64,000 bases of DNA. It comes from a virus. Below, piece after piece: positions 1 to 7,481 of the stretch. The position numbers and the translations under genes were made by a program. Below the pieces are notes generated by a model. It did no database searches and was not told where the DNA came from. It saw only the letters and a program-made list of their open reading frames with translations. The stretch lies in the IMG/VR virus record IMGVR_UViG_3300032677_000006. One strand, given 5' to 3'. Positions within the stretch are counted from its first letter, which is position 1. Each line of letters starts with the position of its first letter.

Positions 1-1
1 C

Positions 2-298
2 GAGGATGATGTAAAGAACCTACTTGGGTCTGAGGTAGTTAGCCGCGAACGCTGCATCAACTGGATCAAGACGCACGCCACCACTGAGGCTACCCGGCGC
101 GTGGCGCTGGCCATCCAGCTGGAGGAGCTGACGGCGCTAATCCACGCTGTGTCGCATCGGCTGCTGGTTCGGCGACCCGAACCAGCAGCTAGAGCGCCGC
201 GAGCGCCACGCGCTTCGCTACCCTTGCGTCTTCGACTACGTGAATACCCTCGTCCGTCCTTGATTTTAGGTTTTTGGCTCTTTTCACTAAACCAGTAA
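2..298 (+). CDS. Hypothetical protein, 5'-truncated; similar to 324-572
   Basis: Frame open from base 2 (EDDVKNLLGSEVVSRERCINWIKTHAT...) to TAA at 298. Confidence 0.55.
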   Translation, partial: EDDVKNLLGSEVVSRERCINWIKTHATTEATRRVALAIQLEELTALIHAVSHRLLVRRPEPAARAPRAPRASLPLRLRLREYPRPSLILGFWLFSLNQ

Positions 299-323
299 AA
301 CCTGGGTTTTTCCTAAAACCAAG

Positions 324-572
324 CTAGTCAACAGTGCCGGTGAGCGAGCCGAACAGGGCGGCACCGAATTTGTCGACCTCGTAGTGAAGCTGGATGCGTT
401 TGACTGGAAGGTTCCGGATGGGGCCGCTGTCCAGCCACGCGCCGTGCCGGTGCGCCGCTTCGCTCCCGGTAGCGTGGTGGATGACCCAAGCGATACACTT
501 GGCTTGGGTGACGTTCTCGCTCAGCAGCACGGCCTTCACGCTATCCTCAGTTGGTTCAATCGCCTGGGTCAT
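324..572 (-). CDS. Hypothetical protein
   Basis: 82-aa ORF overlapping the end of 556-1035; segment EDSVKAVLLSENVTQAKCIAWVIHHAT resembles the ORF at 2-298. Confidence 0.65.
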   Translation of the reverse strand: MTQAIEPTEDSVKAVLLSENVTQAKCIAWVIHHATGSEAAHRHGAWLDSGPIRNLPVKRIQLHYEVDKFGAALFGSLTGTVD

Positions 573-1035
573 AAATCAATGGGCTGGCCAGTAGTTTCAG
601 AATCGACACGGAATCGTCCTTGGTCAGATTGCAGACCAGCCGTTCCACGAACACAGCGTACAGTTTCGGTCCCAACAGCTTCTTGAGCATGCCCAGGTTC
701 AGGTGGTTGATGTCCGCCCCTGGATGGATCACCTGGGTCAGCCACTCTGGTGGCAGGTTGCCGCCCTGCTCGTCCAGGATCATCTGCCACACGCGGTCGT
801 CCCAGGTGCCGCTAACCAGCACGCGCAGCCGGAACAAGGGCGTTCCGATCAGGGCTTTGACCTGCTCTTCGTTCATGTCCTCGGGCCAGACCAGTGGCTG
901 GCGGTTCCGGGGATCAATCTTTACGGTGACCGGCGCGGAGCGCAGCTGATACGTGCAGGCCACGTGACCATTCGCGGTCACTTCCTGGCTGCCGATAATT
1001 TCAGCATCCACTTCAAATGCAGGTGGTTCGTCCAT
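556..1035 (-). CDS. Hypothetical protein
   Basis: ATG at 1035 (MDEPPAFEV...); protein-like composition; GGTTCTT motif upstream. Confidence 0.7.
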   Translation of the reverse strand: MDEPPAFEVDAEIIGSQEVTANGHVACTYQLRSAPVTVKIDPRNRQPLVWPEDMNEEQVKALIGTPLFRLRVLVSGTWDDRVWQMILDEQGGNLPPEWLTQVIHPGADINHLNLGMLKKLLGPKLYAVFVERLVCNLTKDDSVSILKLLASPLIYDPGD

Positions 1036-1093
1036 ATTTGACCTGGTCAATGCCTGGTCACAAGAACCAGATTAGACGGTAAATGCGCCATAG

Positions 1094-1133
1094 TAAAATT
1101 TTTTGTTGACATTTCAACTAAGTCCTTTAGGAT
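1094..1133 (+). promoter_or_regulatory. Sigma70-like early promoter (TAAAATT..TTGACA-N16-TAGGAT)
   Basis: One of five copies of TAAAATT-N3-(T/G)GTTGAC upstream of small genes. Confidence 0.7.
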
Positions 1134-1145
1134 GATCTTACTGTT

Positions 1146-1655
1146 ATGAATAACAACCCGTCTACACTCACACCTGTGCCGGTCATTGAACCGGACATGC
1201 TCAAAGTAATCACCGAGGCCGCCAGCCGCCTGGCCAAGCGCGCCCATGCCGGGCAGAAACGCAACAAGTCCGGTAAGGACTACTTCACCCACCCCGAGGC
1301 CGTGGCCAACTTGGTGGAAGCTTACGACAAGCCCATCGCCTATCTGCACGACGTGCTGGAGGACACCAGCACCACGGCAGAGGACCTGCGCCTGACTTTC
1401 CCGGCTTGGATCGTCGACCGCGTGGTGCTGCTCACCCGGGAGAAGGGCGGTTCCTACTTCGATTACGTCATGGCCATCAGCTATGACGCTGCCGCCCTCC
1501 GCGTCAAAATGGCCGACCTGGAGCACAACCTCTCTGACCTGGAAGCGGGCAACCTGCGGGACAAGTACCTCTTCGCTTACACCCTGCTGAGCACGTACCG
1601 CCAGGTCAGCGGCCTGTACTTTAACCCCCGCCGCACCTTTACCGGAAAACCCTGA
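1146..1655 (+). CDS. RelA/SpoT-type HD-domain hydrolase (small alarmone hydrolase/MESH1-like)
   Basis: HAGQKR..SGKDYFTHPEAVA, AYLHDVLEDT, LLT and VKMADLEHN motifs of the HD_4 family. Confidence 0.85.
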   Translation: MNNNPSTLTPVPVIEPDMLKVITEAASRLAKRAHAGQKRNKSGKDYFTHPEAVANLVEAYDKPIAYLHDVLEDTSTTAEDLRLTFPAWIVDRVVLLTREKGGSYFDYVMAISYDAAALRVKMADLEHNLSDLEAGNLRDKYLFAYTLLSTYRQVSGLYFNPRRTFTGKP

Positions 1656-1710
1656 AAAGCAATGAGGCGATCCCCTACCAGGGACCGCCTCACATTGCTT
1701 TTGCCTTTTT
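1655..1710 (+). terminator. Long hairpin followed by T-runs; probable intrinsic terminator
   Basis: AAAAGCAATG-AGGCG...CGCCT-CA-CATTGCTTTT then GCCTTTTT. Confidence 0.6.
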
Positions 1711-1750
1711 GCCTACGCCATTACAATACCTGCAACCAGACTACAATACC

Positions 1751-2116
1751 ATGAAGAATAACGCAAGCGATAAATTCGAGAACGTGCTCGCCGCCGGGCT
1801 GGCCCACGTCCGGAAAGTCATCCAATTCAGCGCCGAGGGCCGCATCGCCTGGAAGGCCGATCAGCTGCCCGTGCCCGACGATGACCCCGACAAGGCGGCC
1901 AAGGTCAAGGCCGCCACCCGCCCGTTCGTGGGCACCGGCGAGGGCTACTGCGTCATGGTGCTCCAGGCCAACGTGACCATGACCGACGATCCGAACGAAA
2001 AACCCCGGGTCATCCACGACGGCATGCTCACCGCCAGCACCGCCCCGCACGCGGTCCGGCTCTCCGCCGAGCACGCCAGCACCCTCTGGCACCAGGCCGC
2101 CGCCAAATGCAACTAG
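1751..2116 (+). CDS. Hypothetical protein
   Basis: ATG at 1751 (MKNNASDKFE...), strong GC3 bias. Confidence 0.75.
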   Translation: MKNNASDKFENVLAAGLAHVRKVIQFSAEGRIAWKADQLPVPDDDPDKAAKVKAATRPFVGTGEGYCVMVLQANVTMTDDPNEKPRVIHDGMLTASTAPHAVRLSAEHASTLWHQAAAKCN

Positions 2117-2119
2117 GCC

Positions 2120-2821
2120 GTGAACCTGATCATGCCCTTTCTGCTTGAGCAGCTCGCGGCGGAGCACAACCGGCGCGTGGAGCGGCGGCGCGCCTACTAC
2201 CGGCAGTGGCGCGCGCGGCACCCTGACGCCAACAAGCGCTACATCGCCCGCGCCAAGGCCCGCAACCCGGCGGCCTTCCGCGAGAAGCATCGGCGCAACC
2301 AGGCGCTCTGGCGGGCCAAGCGGCCCGAGGCGTACCGGGCCTATCAGCGCCACTACCACCAGACCGCCCAGGGCCGCGCCGTCCGCCGCCAGCGCGCGGA
2401 GCTGCGCAAGCTGGTCACCTGCGTCGAGTGCGGCCAGCAGGTGACCCGGGAGCGGAGCACCGGCTTTCCCAACCCCGTGCGGCGCACGTACAGCCTCTGC
2501 TGCGACTGCCACACCCCGGCGCGCGAGCTGGACCCGGTCTTGGAGTACCGGCCCGTGCTGCCCGACGTGATCGCCGACGACTACGAGGACAAGCTCCGGC
2601 TGGAGGACCGGCTGGAGGCGCTGGAGACCTGCCTGGCCGAGATGTCCGAGAAGCGCCGGACGATCATCCACCAGCGCCTGCTGGGCCTGTCCTTTGACGA
2701 GATCGCGGAGCGCTACCGGGTGACCCGGCAGTACGTCTGCGCCGAGGAGCTGCGCGCCCGGCGGCAGATACGCCAGCGGCTGCGCTACCAGGCGGCGCTG
2801 GAAAACCTGTACGCGCCTTGA
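2120..2821 (+). CDS. Putative transcription regulator: Arg-rich N-terminus, CxxC..CxxC Zn finger, C-terminal sigma70 region-4-like HTH
   Basis: CVECG...CCDCH; CLAEMSEKRRTIIHQRLLGLSFDEIAERYRVTRQYV matches the sigma r4 pattern. Confidence 0.75.
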   Translation: MNLIMPFLLEQLAAEHNRRVERRRAYYRQWRARHPDANKRYIARAKARNPAAFREKHRRNQALWRAKRPEAYRAYQRHYHQTAQGRAVRRQRAELRKLVTCVECGQQVTRERSTGFPNPVRRTYSLCCDCHTPARELDPVLEYRPVLPDVIADDYEDKLRLEDRLEALETCLAEMSEKRRTIIHQRLLGLSFDEIAERYRVTRQYVCAEELRARRQIRQRLRYQAALENLYAP

Positions 2822-2825
2822 TTTT

Positions 2826-3188
2826 ATGAAAACCAAAGCTAAAACCGTGAAGCTCAATGTCACCGCCGAAGAGCGGAAACACATCAACAACGACCCTAAA
2901 TTCGTGCCCGCCCCGCCCGCACGGCCCAAGCTGCGCATCTGGTGGATTCCCCAGGTGCCCAAGCCCGCAGGCGCGGAGGGCTTCTATGTAGACGTAAACT
3001 CGCTCCGCGAGGCCAAGCTCCTGCTCGAAACCCTGGCCAAGTACGACCTGTACCAGTACCAGCACCGCATCAAGCCCGACTACGCCAACGCGGGCGGCCT
3101 GGAGGTCCAGGAACCCGACGGCGAGTGGTGCGACTGGTACAACGAGGAGGGCCAGGGCATTGATGACCTGGAGCTGAAAGACCTGTAA
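2826..3188 (+). CDS. P22 gp17-like protein (superinfection-exclusion-related family)
   Basis: LRIWWIPQVP...YDLYQYQHRIKPDYANAGGLEV...WCDWY resembles the P22 gp17 motifs as recalled. Confidence 0.75.
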   Translation: MKTKAKTVKLNVTAEERKHINNDPKFVPAPPARPKLRIWWIPQVPKPAGAEGFYVDVNSLREAKLLLETLAKYDLYQYQHRIKPDYANAGGLEVQEPDGEWCDWYNEEGQGIDDLELKDL

Positions 3189-3196
3189 TTTAAGCT

Positions 3197-3448
3197 ATGG
3201 CCATGACCGAAGAATCAGTCGAGGACTTCCGGCGCGAGACGCTGGAGCAGGTGGACGCGCTGCTGGCCGCAGGCTGGTACTACGAGCTGCCCGAGATCGT
3301 CAACTTCGACCGGCCCTCGCGCAATTTCAGCGAGCCGTGGCAGTGGTACTGGCGCGCCCCCGCCAAAGGGGGCCGCAAGCGGGGCCGCCGCTACCTCTCC
3401 ACCAGCCAGGCGTTCAACGCCATGTGCCGCCAGCTGGGCACGCGTTAA
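3197..3448 (+). CDS. Hypothetical protein
   Basis: 83-aa ORF in an operon-like array. Confidence 0.7.
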   Translation: MAMTEESVEDFRRETLEQVDALLAAGWYYELPEIVNFDRPSRNFSEPWQWYWRAPAKGGRKRGRRYLSTSQAFNAMCRQLGTR

Positions 3449-3454
3449 ATTGAT

Positions 3455-3495
3455 TAAAATTAAATGTTGACGAGATTCCGGATTTCGTCTACGCT
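3455..3495 (+). promoter_or_regulatory. Sigma70-like early promoter (TTGACG-N17-TACGCT), probably leaderless
   Basis: TAAAATTAAATGTTGACG; the -10 box ends 6 nt before ATG 3502. Confidence 0.75.
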
Positions 3496-3501
3496 CTCTG
3501 C

Positions 3502-3780
3502 ATGATGAAAACAGCACTGTCCGCCCAGCCCCTTACCGACGTCCACGGCCACACCGCCGAGGAGGCCCGCGCGCTCTTTAACGCCAACCACGTGAGCCAC
3601 CCCATTAACCTGCGCCACGGCGTCTGGTACGTCCGGGTCCTGACCAACCGCAACCACAAGGGCCACCGGGTGATGCCCTTCCCGGTCTACGTGGCCCTCG
3701 ACCAGCGCAGCCAGCTGGTCAGCAACGGCACGCTCCGCGACACCATTGAACTGGCCCGCAAACCCGCCACCCAACCCTGA
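3502..3780 (+). CDS. Hypothetical protein
   Basis: 92-aa ORF directly after promoter. Confidence 0.75.
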   Translation: MMKTALSAQPLTDVHGHTAEEARALFNANHVSHPINLRHGVWYVRVLTNRNHKGHRVMPFPVYVALDQRSQLVSNGTLRDTIELARKPATQP

Positions 3781-3783
3781 CCT

Positions 3784-4047
3784 ATGCCCATCAACAAGCA
3801 AGCCTGCGCCGAGCAGTTCGTCAGCGACCTGAGTGCCATGTCCAGCATGAGCCTGGCCCAGGCGTTCACCAACAACCTGTCCGAGAAGACCGCCCGCGAC
3901 CTGTACCACGGCCACCTGGTCAAGCTTAACGCCGCCCGGCTCCTGTACCTGACCGGCAACCTGACCGACGAAGTCTACACTGCCCAGTACGACAGCCTGC
4001 TCCAGAAGCTGGACGTGCTCAAGCCCATCATCTGGCCCGGCAAATAA
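3784..4047 (+). CDS. Hypothetical protein
   Basis: 87-aa ORF, 3-nt gap to the previous gene. Confidence 0.75.
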   Translation: MPINKQACAEQFVSDLSAMSSMSLAQAFTNNLSEKTARDLYHGHLVKLNAARLLYLTGNLTDEVYTAQYDSLLQKLDVLKPIIWPGK

Positions 4048-4051
4048 ATTT

Positions 4052-4567
4052 ATGAAAACTCAATACTACGCCAGCTCCAAGTCCCCTGAACTGTACTCCG
4101 TGCGCGGCGCGGTCGTGCGCCGCTGGTTCTCGGGACGCATCTGGAAACCTGTCATCGTCACGGTCGCAGACCTGGTCAAGTCTAACTTCAAGCCGGTCAC
4201 CGACGCTTACGTAGACAGCGCCATCAAGCCCAAGGCAGCCAAGCGGGTCAAGCCCGCCCTGCCTGCCGCCTGCCGCGTCACCGTTAACCGGCAGCCCGCT
4301 GGCATCTATGTCGCCCTGGCACTGTCAAACGGCCACCACGTGATCATCAAGCGCGCCAAGGCCAGCGCCTGGAGCACCCACCCCAAGTGGAGCGCCCAGT
4401 ACCAGGCCGAGATCAGCTGGAGCGGCGGCAACGGCAGCGAGTCCATCCCGCAGACGGGAGAAATGATCGAGCACCTGCGCTGGGCGGTGAGCATTGCCCG
4501 CAACCTGAACGTGCTCAACCCGGACAAGAGCACGGACGAAGAGCTGACCTGGCCCAAACGACTGTGA
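4052..4567 (+). CDS. Hypothetical protein
   Basis: 171-aa ORF, tightly packed. Confidence 0.75.
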   Translation: MKTQYYASSKSPELYSVRGAVVRRWFSGRIWKPVIVTVADLVKSNFKPVTDAYVDSAIKPKAAKRVKPALPAACRVTVNRQPAGIYVALALSNGHHVIIKRAKASAWSTHPKWSAQYQAEISWSGGNGSESIPQTGEMIEHLRWAVSIARNLNVLNPDKSTDEELTWPKRL

Positions 4568-4574
4568 TCCGATT

Positions 4575-4925
4575 ATGAAAAAGATCGACTGGTCCAAATC
4601 GAACCTGTTGGTGGACTCGTACCTGAACCACCTGCATAACCCGGACGAAATCCCAGGCAAGTTTGGACGCACCTGGATGGAATTCGAGGCCCAGCGCCTG
4701 GGCATCGTCGAGAGCGCGCGCGACTGGAAGTTCGGCGAGTCGCACGCCCTCTGGTACGCCTGCCTGATCCGCAACAACCGGGCCTACGAGGTCAACCGCG
4801 CCGAAAAGGCTGTGGGTCTCGTCAAGGGCCGCACCACGTTGGGCACGATCCGCCAGCTGCGCCGGGGCCGGATGCGGGACACGGTCACCGCCCGCATGCT
4901 CGAAGAAATGATGCTCCAGAAGTAA
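4575..4925 (+). CDS. Hypothetical protein
   Basis: 116-aa ORF, tightly packed. Confidence 0.75.
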   Translation: MKKIDWSKSNLLVDSYLNHLHNPDEIPGKFGRTWMEFEAQRLGIVESARDWKFGESHALWYACLIRNNRAYEVNRAEKAVGLVKGRTTLGTIRQLRRGRMRDTVTARMLEEMMLQK

Positions 4926-4981
4926 ATTTAAGTTCTAGTGTCCACGACAGCTTTCCGCTGTCCCCACTATTAACACATACC

Positions 4982-5878
4982 ATGCCTAAAATCTGTTATC
5001 GCGCCAAGAAGTTCTCCGAAGACCGGACGGACAAAATCAATAAAACAAACGCTATCATTGAGGAATACAAGGCTCAAGGCTACGAATTAACTTTGCGGCA
5101 ACTTTACTACCAATTTGTTAGCAGAAATTATATTCCAAATAATATGAGAGAGTACAAGAACCTGGGCGACATCGTCAACGATGCCCGCCTGGCTGGTCTG
5201 GTAGATTGGGAAGCTATCGTGGATTTGACCCGCGAGCTAAAAGCGCAGCCCTGCTGGGGATCACCGGCTGAAATCATCAGTGCCTGCGCCAGTCAATTCC
5301 GCATCGACAAGTGGGCACGGCAGCCTAACCGGGTGGAAGTCTGGATTGAAAAGGACAGCGTCAGCAACATCGTCAAGCCCACCTGCGAGGCCCTGGGCAT
5401 CGCCTACTTCTCCTGCCGTGGCTACACCAGCCAGAGCGAGATGTGGGAGGCCGCGCAGCGCCTGCGCCGGTACTCCGAGGGCGGCCAGCCGCCCATCGTG
5501 TTCCACCTGGGCGACCATGACCCCTCGGGCATTGACATGACCCGCGACATCCTGGCGCGCCTGGAGGAGTTCTCCGGCGTAGACATTGAACTGCAACGCC
5601 TGGCCCTGAACATGGACCAGATCACCCAGTACGGCCCGCCGCCCAACCCGGCCAAGCTGACCGACAGCCGGGCCGAGGGCTACATCGCCAAGCACGGAAA
5701 CGAGTCCTGGGAGCTGGACGCGCTCACGCCCGAGGTCATGTCCGGCATCATCAACAACGCCGTCATCGGCGTGCGCGACGCGGACCTCTGGGCCGAGGCC
5801 AAAGCCGAGGAGGAAATGCACCGGGTGCAGCTAGGCCAGGTGTCGGACAAATGGGACGAGATCACGGAGAATTTATGA
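4982..5878 (+). CDS. Winged-helix + TOPRIM protein (TopoVI-A/Spo11/JetD-like)
   Basis: LTLRQLYYQ, VEVWIEKD, LGDHDPSG (DxD) and WELDAL motifs. Confidence 0.8.
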   Translation: MPKICYRAKKFSEDRTDKINKTNAIIEEYKAQGYELTLRQLYYQFVSRNYIPNNMREYKNLGDIVNDARLAGLVDWEAIVDLTRELKAQPCWGSPAEIISACASQFRIDKWARQPNRVEVWIEKDSVSNIVKPTCEALGIAYFSCRGYTSQSEMWEAAQRLRRYSEGGQPPIVFHLGDHDPSGIDMTRDILARLEEFSGVDIELQRLALNMDQITQYGPPPNPAKLTDSRAEGYIAKHGNESWELDALTPEVMSGIINNAVIGVRDADLWAEAKAEEEMHRVQLGQVSDKWDEITENL

Positions 5879-6138
5879 CTTTTAAGTGTCCACGCTGTTC
5901 CTACACCGTTGAACTAAACAGTGACCTGTTTGGCGGCGACATAAAGGTTAGGTGCCCTGAATGCGGCGCAAAGTCAGAGGTGACTAAAGTCATTAAAGTC
6001 AACGCCATGGACCTTTATCGTACCGCCAAGACCGTGGAAGACAAGCGAACCGTGGCCCGGCTGCTAAAAGAAGTCTGCGTCCAAGCGCAAAACTTTGAAG
6101 CCGCCGCCAAGTTCCGAGACCTAGAAAAACAATCATGA
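5875..6138 (+). CDS. Zn-ribbon protein with C-terminal UVR (UvrB/C, ClpC/McsA-type) motif
   Basis: CPRC...CPEC; VQAQNFEAAAKFRDLEKQ; ATGA overlap with upstream stop. Confidence 0.7.
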   Translation: MTFKCPRCSYTVELNSDLFGGDIKVRCPECGAKSEVTKVIKVNAMDLYRTAKTVEDKRTVARLLKEVCVQAQNFEAAAKFRDLEKQS

Positions 6139-6959
6139 GCACCACCCTGGAAACACCCAAGCCTCCGACCGAGGTCAACATCCCTGACAACCCGTTCCTG
6201 GACGCCTACTGGCACCAGGAGCTGGAATTCCTGAACCTCCCGCCGGACAACCAGACCCAGGGCAAGGTGACCATCAACTGGACCAGCCTGGACGGGCGCT
6301 GCGATGACTATCTCAACGTCAACTTCCGGGTCAACAGCCCGGAATTCCCGCAGCTGATCCACGGCAACAAGCTGTGGATGTCCATCACCCCGATGGAAGT
6401 GCAGAGCGCCTACCTGGCGATCCACCGCGCCCACGGCACTGTGGTCAACGGCGGCCTGGGCCTGGGCTATTACGCCCTGCGCGCGGCGGCCAAGCCGGAG
6501 GTGGACCACGTGATTGTCTACGAGCTGGAGCCGGATGTGATCGCCTGGTTCCAGCGCGCGTACGCCGGACGCCCAGAGCTGGACAAGATCGAGATCGTCC
6601 AGGGCGACGCCACGGCGGTCAAAGGCTGCGAGGCTGACCTGGTGTTCATGGACATCTACGCGGACATGTGCCCGGACGCGGTCCTGACCCACATGCGCAA
6701 GTTCATGCGGAACAACAAGCCTGGGCGCTATCACTTCTGGGGCTGGGAGCGGGCGCTGGTCCACTACCTGCTCAGCCGCGACCTCAAGCGCAACCGCGAG
6801 AGCCTGTTCAAATACGGCGGCCCCGGCTGCTACATTGGCCGCGACTTCCTCAGCTGGTTCCACGCCTGGTCAACCACCAACACGCTGAGCTGGAGTCCGC
6901 TGGTGGATGATTTTTCCAAAAAGGCCGTGAACCTGATGTCCAACTACTTTCCGATATGA
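6135..6959 (+). CDS. Class I SAM-dependent methyltransferase-like (spermidine-synthase-like fold)
   Basis: VVNGGLGLGY, VIVYELEPDVI, IVQGDA, DLVFMDIY. Confidence 0.8.
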   Translation: MSTTLETPKPPTEVNIPDNPFLDAYWHQELEFLNLPPDNQTQGKVTINWTSLDGRCDDYLNVNFRVNSPEFPQLIHGNKLWMSITPMEVQSAYLAIHRAHGTVVNGGLGLGYYALRAAAKPEVDHVIVYELEPDVIAWFQRAYAGRPELDKIEIVQGDATAVKGCEADLVFMDIYADMCPDAVLTHMRKFMRNNKPGRYHFWGWERALVHYLLSRDLKRNRESLFKYGGPGCYIGRDFLSWFHAWSTTNTLSWSPLVDDFSKKAVNLMSNYFPI

Positions 6960-7342
6960 GCCTGACCTGCGCCGAGTGTCCCAAGCACTGCTGCGGCAAG
7001 TCCCACGTCGCGCCGCCCATCCTGCTCCCCTTCGAGGTCAGCGCCTACGCGCCCGAGGACAAATTCGTGGACCATGGCCTGTACCGCTTGAAGCGGTCGC
7101 CGGAAACGGGGAACTGCGTCCACCTCGGCCCCGGCCAACGGTGCCTCATTTACGGCTGGCGGCCCATGGAGTGCCGCCTCTACCCCTGGGTCATGAAGTA
7201 CGACGCGGCGACCAAGACCGTGGGGCTGCAACTGCACGAAAGCTGCCCGCAGCATGCCGCCGCTGAAAAGCCCGTCCTGTCCGATCTCGTCCAGGCGGCT
7301 CGCGAAAGCTTCTGGCTGGCCTATGAGCAGTGCGAGTGCTAG
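6956..7342 (+). CDS. YkgJ/FliB-family CxxCxxxCC cysteine-cluster protein
   Basis: CAECPKHCC...CVHL....CLIYGWRPMECRLYP. Confidence 0.85.
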   Translation: MSLTCAECPKHCCGKSHVAPPILLPFEVSAYAPEDKFVDHGLYRLKRSPETGNCVHLGPGQRCLIYGWRPMECRLYPWVMKYDAATKTVGLQLHESCPQHAAAEKPVLSDLVQAARESFWLAYEQCEC

Positions 7343-7353
7343 CTTTTCGTCTA

Positions 7354-7427
7354 CACGGTGACGCCGGGGTGGCATACGGCCAAGGGTCGCTCCCTTCACT
7401 TCGCTGGTTCGAGTCCAGCCGCCGCGC
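7354..7427 (+). ncRNA. tRNA-like cloverleaf with aberrant anticodon arm (pseudo-tRNA or tRNA mimic)
   Basis: Acceptor CACGGTG/CGCCGCG (1 mismatch, 1 GU), D stem GCCG/CGGC with TGG loop, stem AAGGG/CCCTT with 5-nt loop, perfect T arm GCTGG-TTCGAGT-CCAGC; 74 nt; no CCA. Confidence 0.55.
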
Positions 7428-7434
7428 TTTTTGT

Positions 7435-7475
7435 TAAAATTTATTGTTGACGGCGGCCCGGTGTTCGTATACATT
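7435..7475 (+). promoter_or_regulatory. Sigma70-like early promoter (TTGACG-N17-TACATT), probably leaderless
   Basis: TAAAATTTATTGTTGACG; the -10 box ends 6 nt before ATG 7482. Confidence 0.8.
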
Positions 7476-7481
7476 CATCCC

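Noticed and set aside
35-41. GTAGTTA motif near the window start
   Set aside because: Inside an open coding frame with no nearby start codon; probably chance
4982-5878. Complete Wadjet or topoisomerase VI system
   Set aside because: No JetABC/SMC or TopoVI-B partner in the window
7354-7427. Functional tRNA-Ala(CGC) or tRNA-Ser call
   Set aside because: A 7-nt anticodon loop cannot form with a good stem, and U8/A14/purine-37 are missing; kept only as tRNA-like
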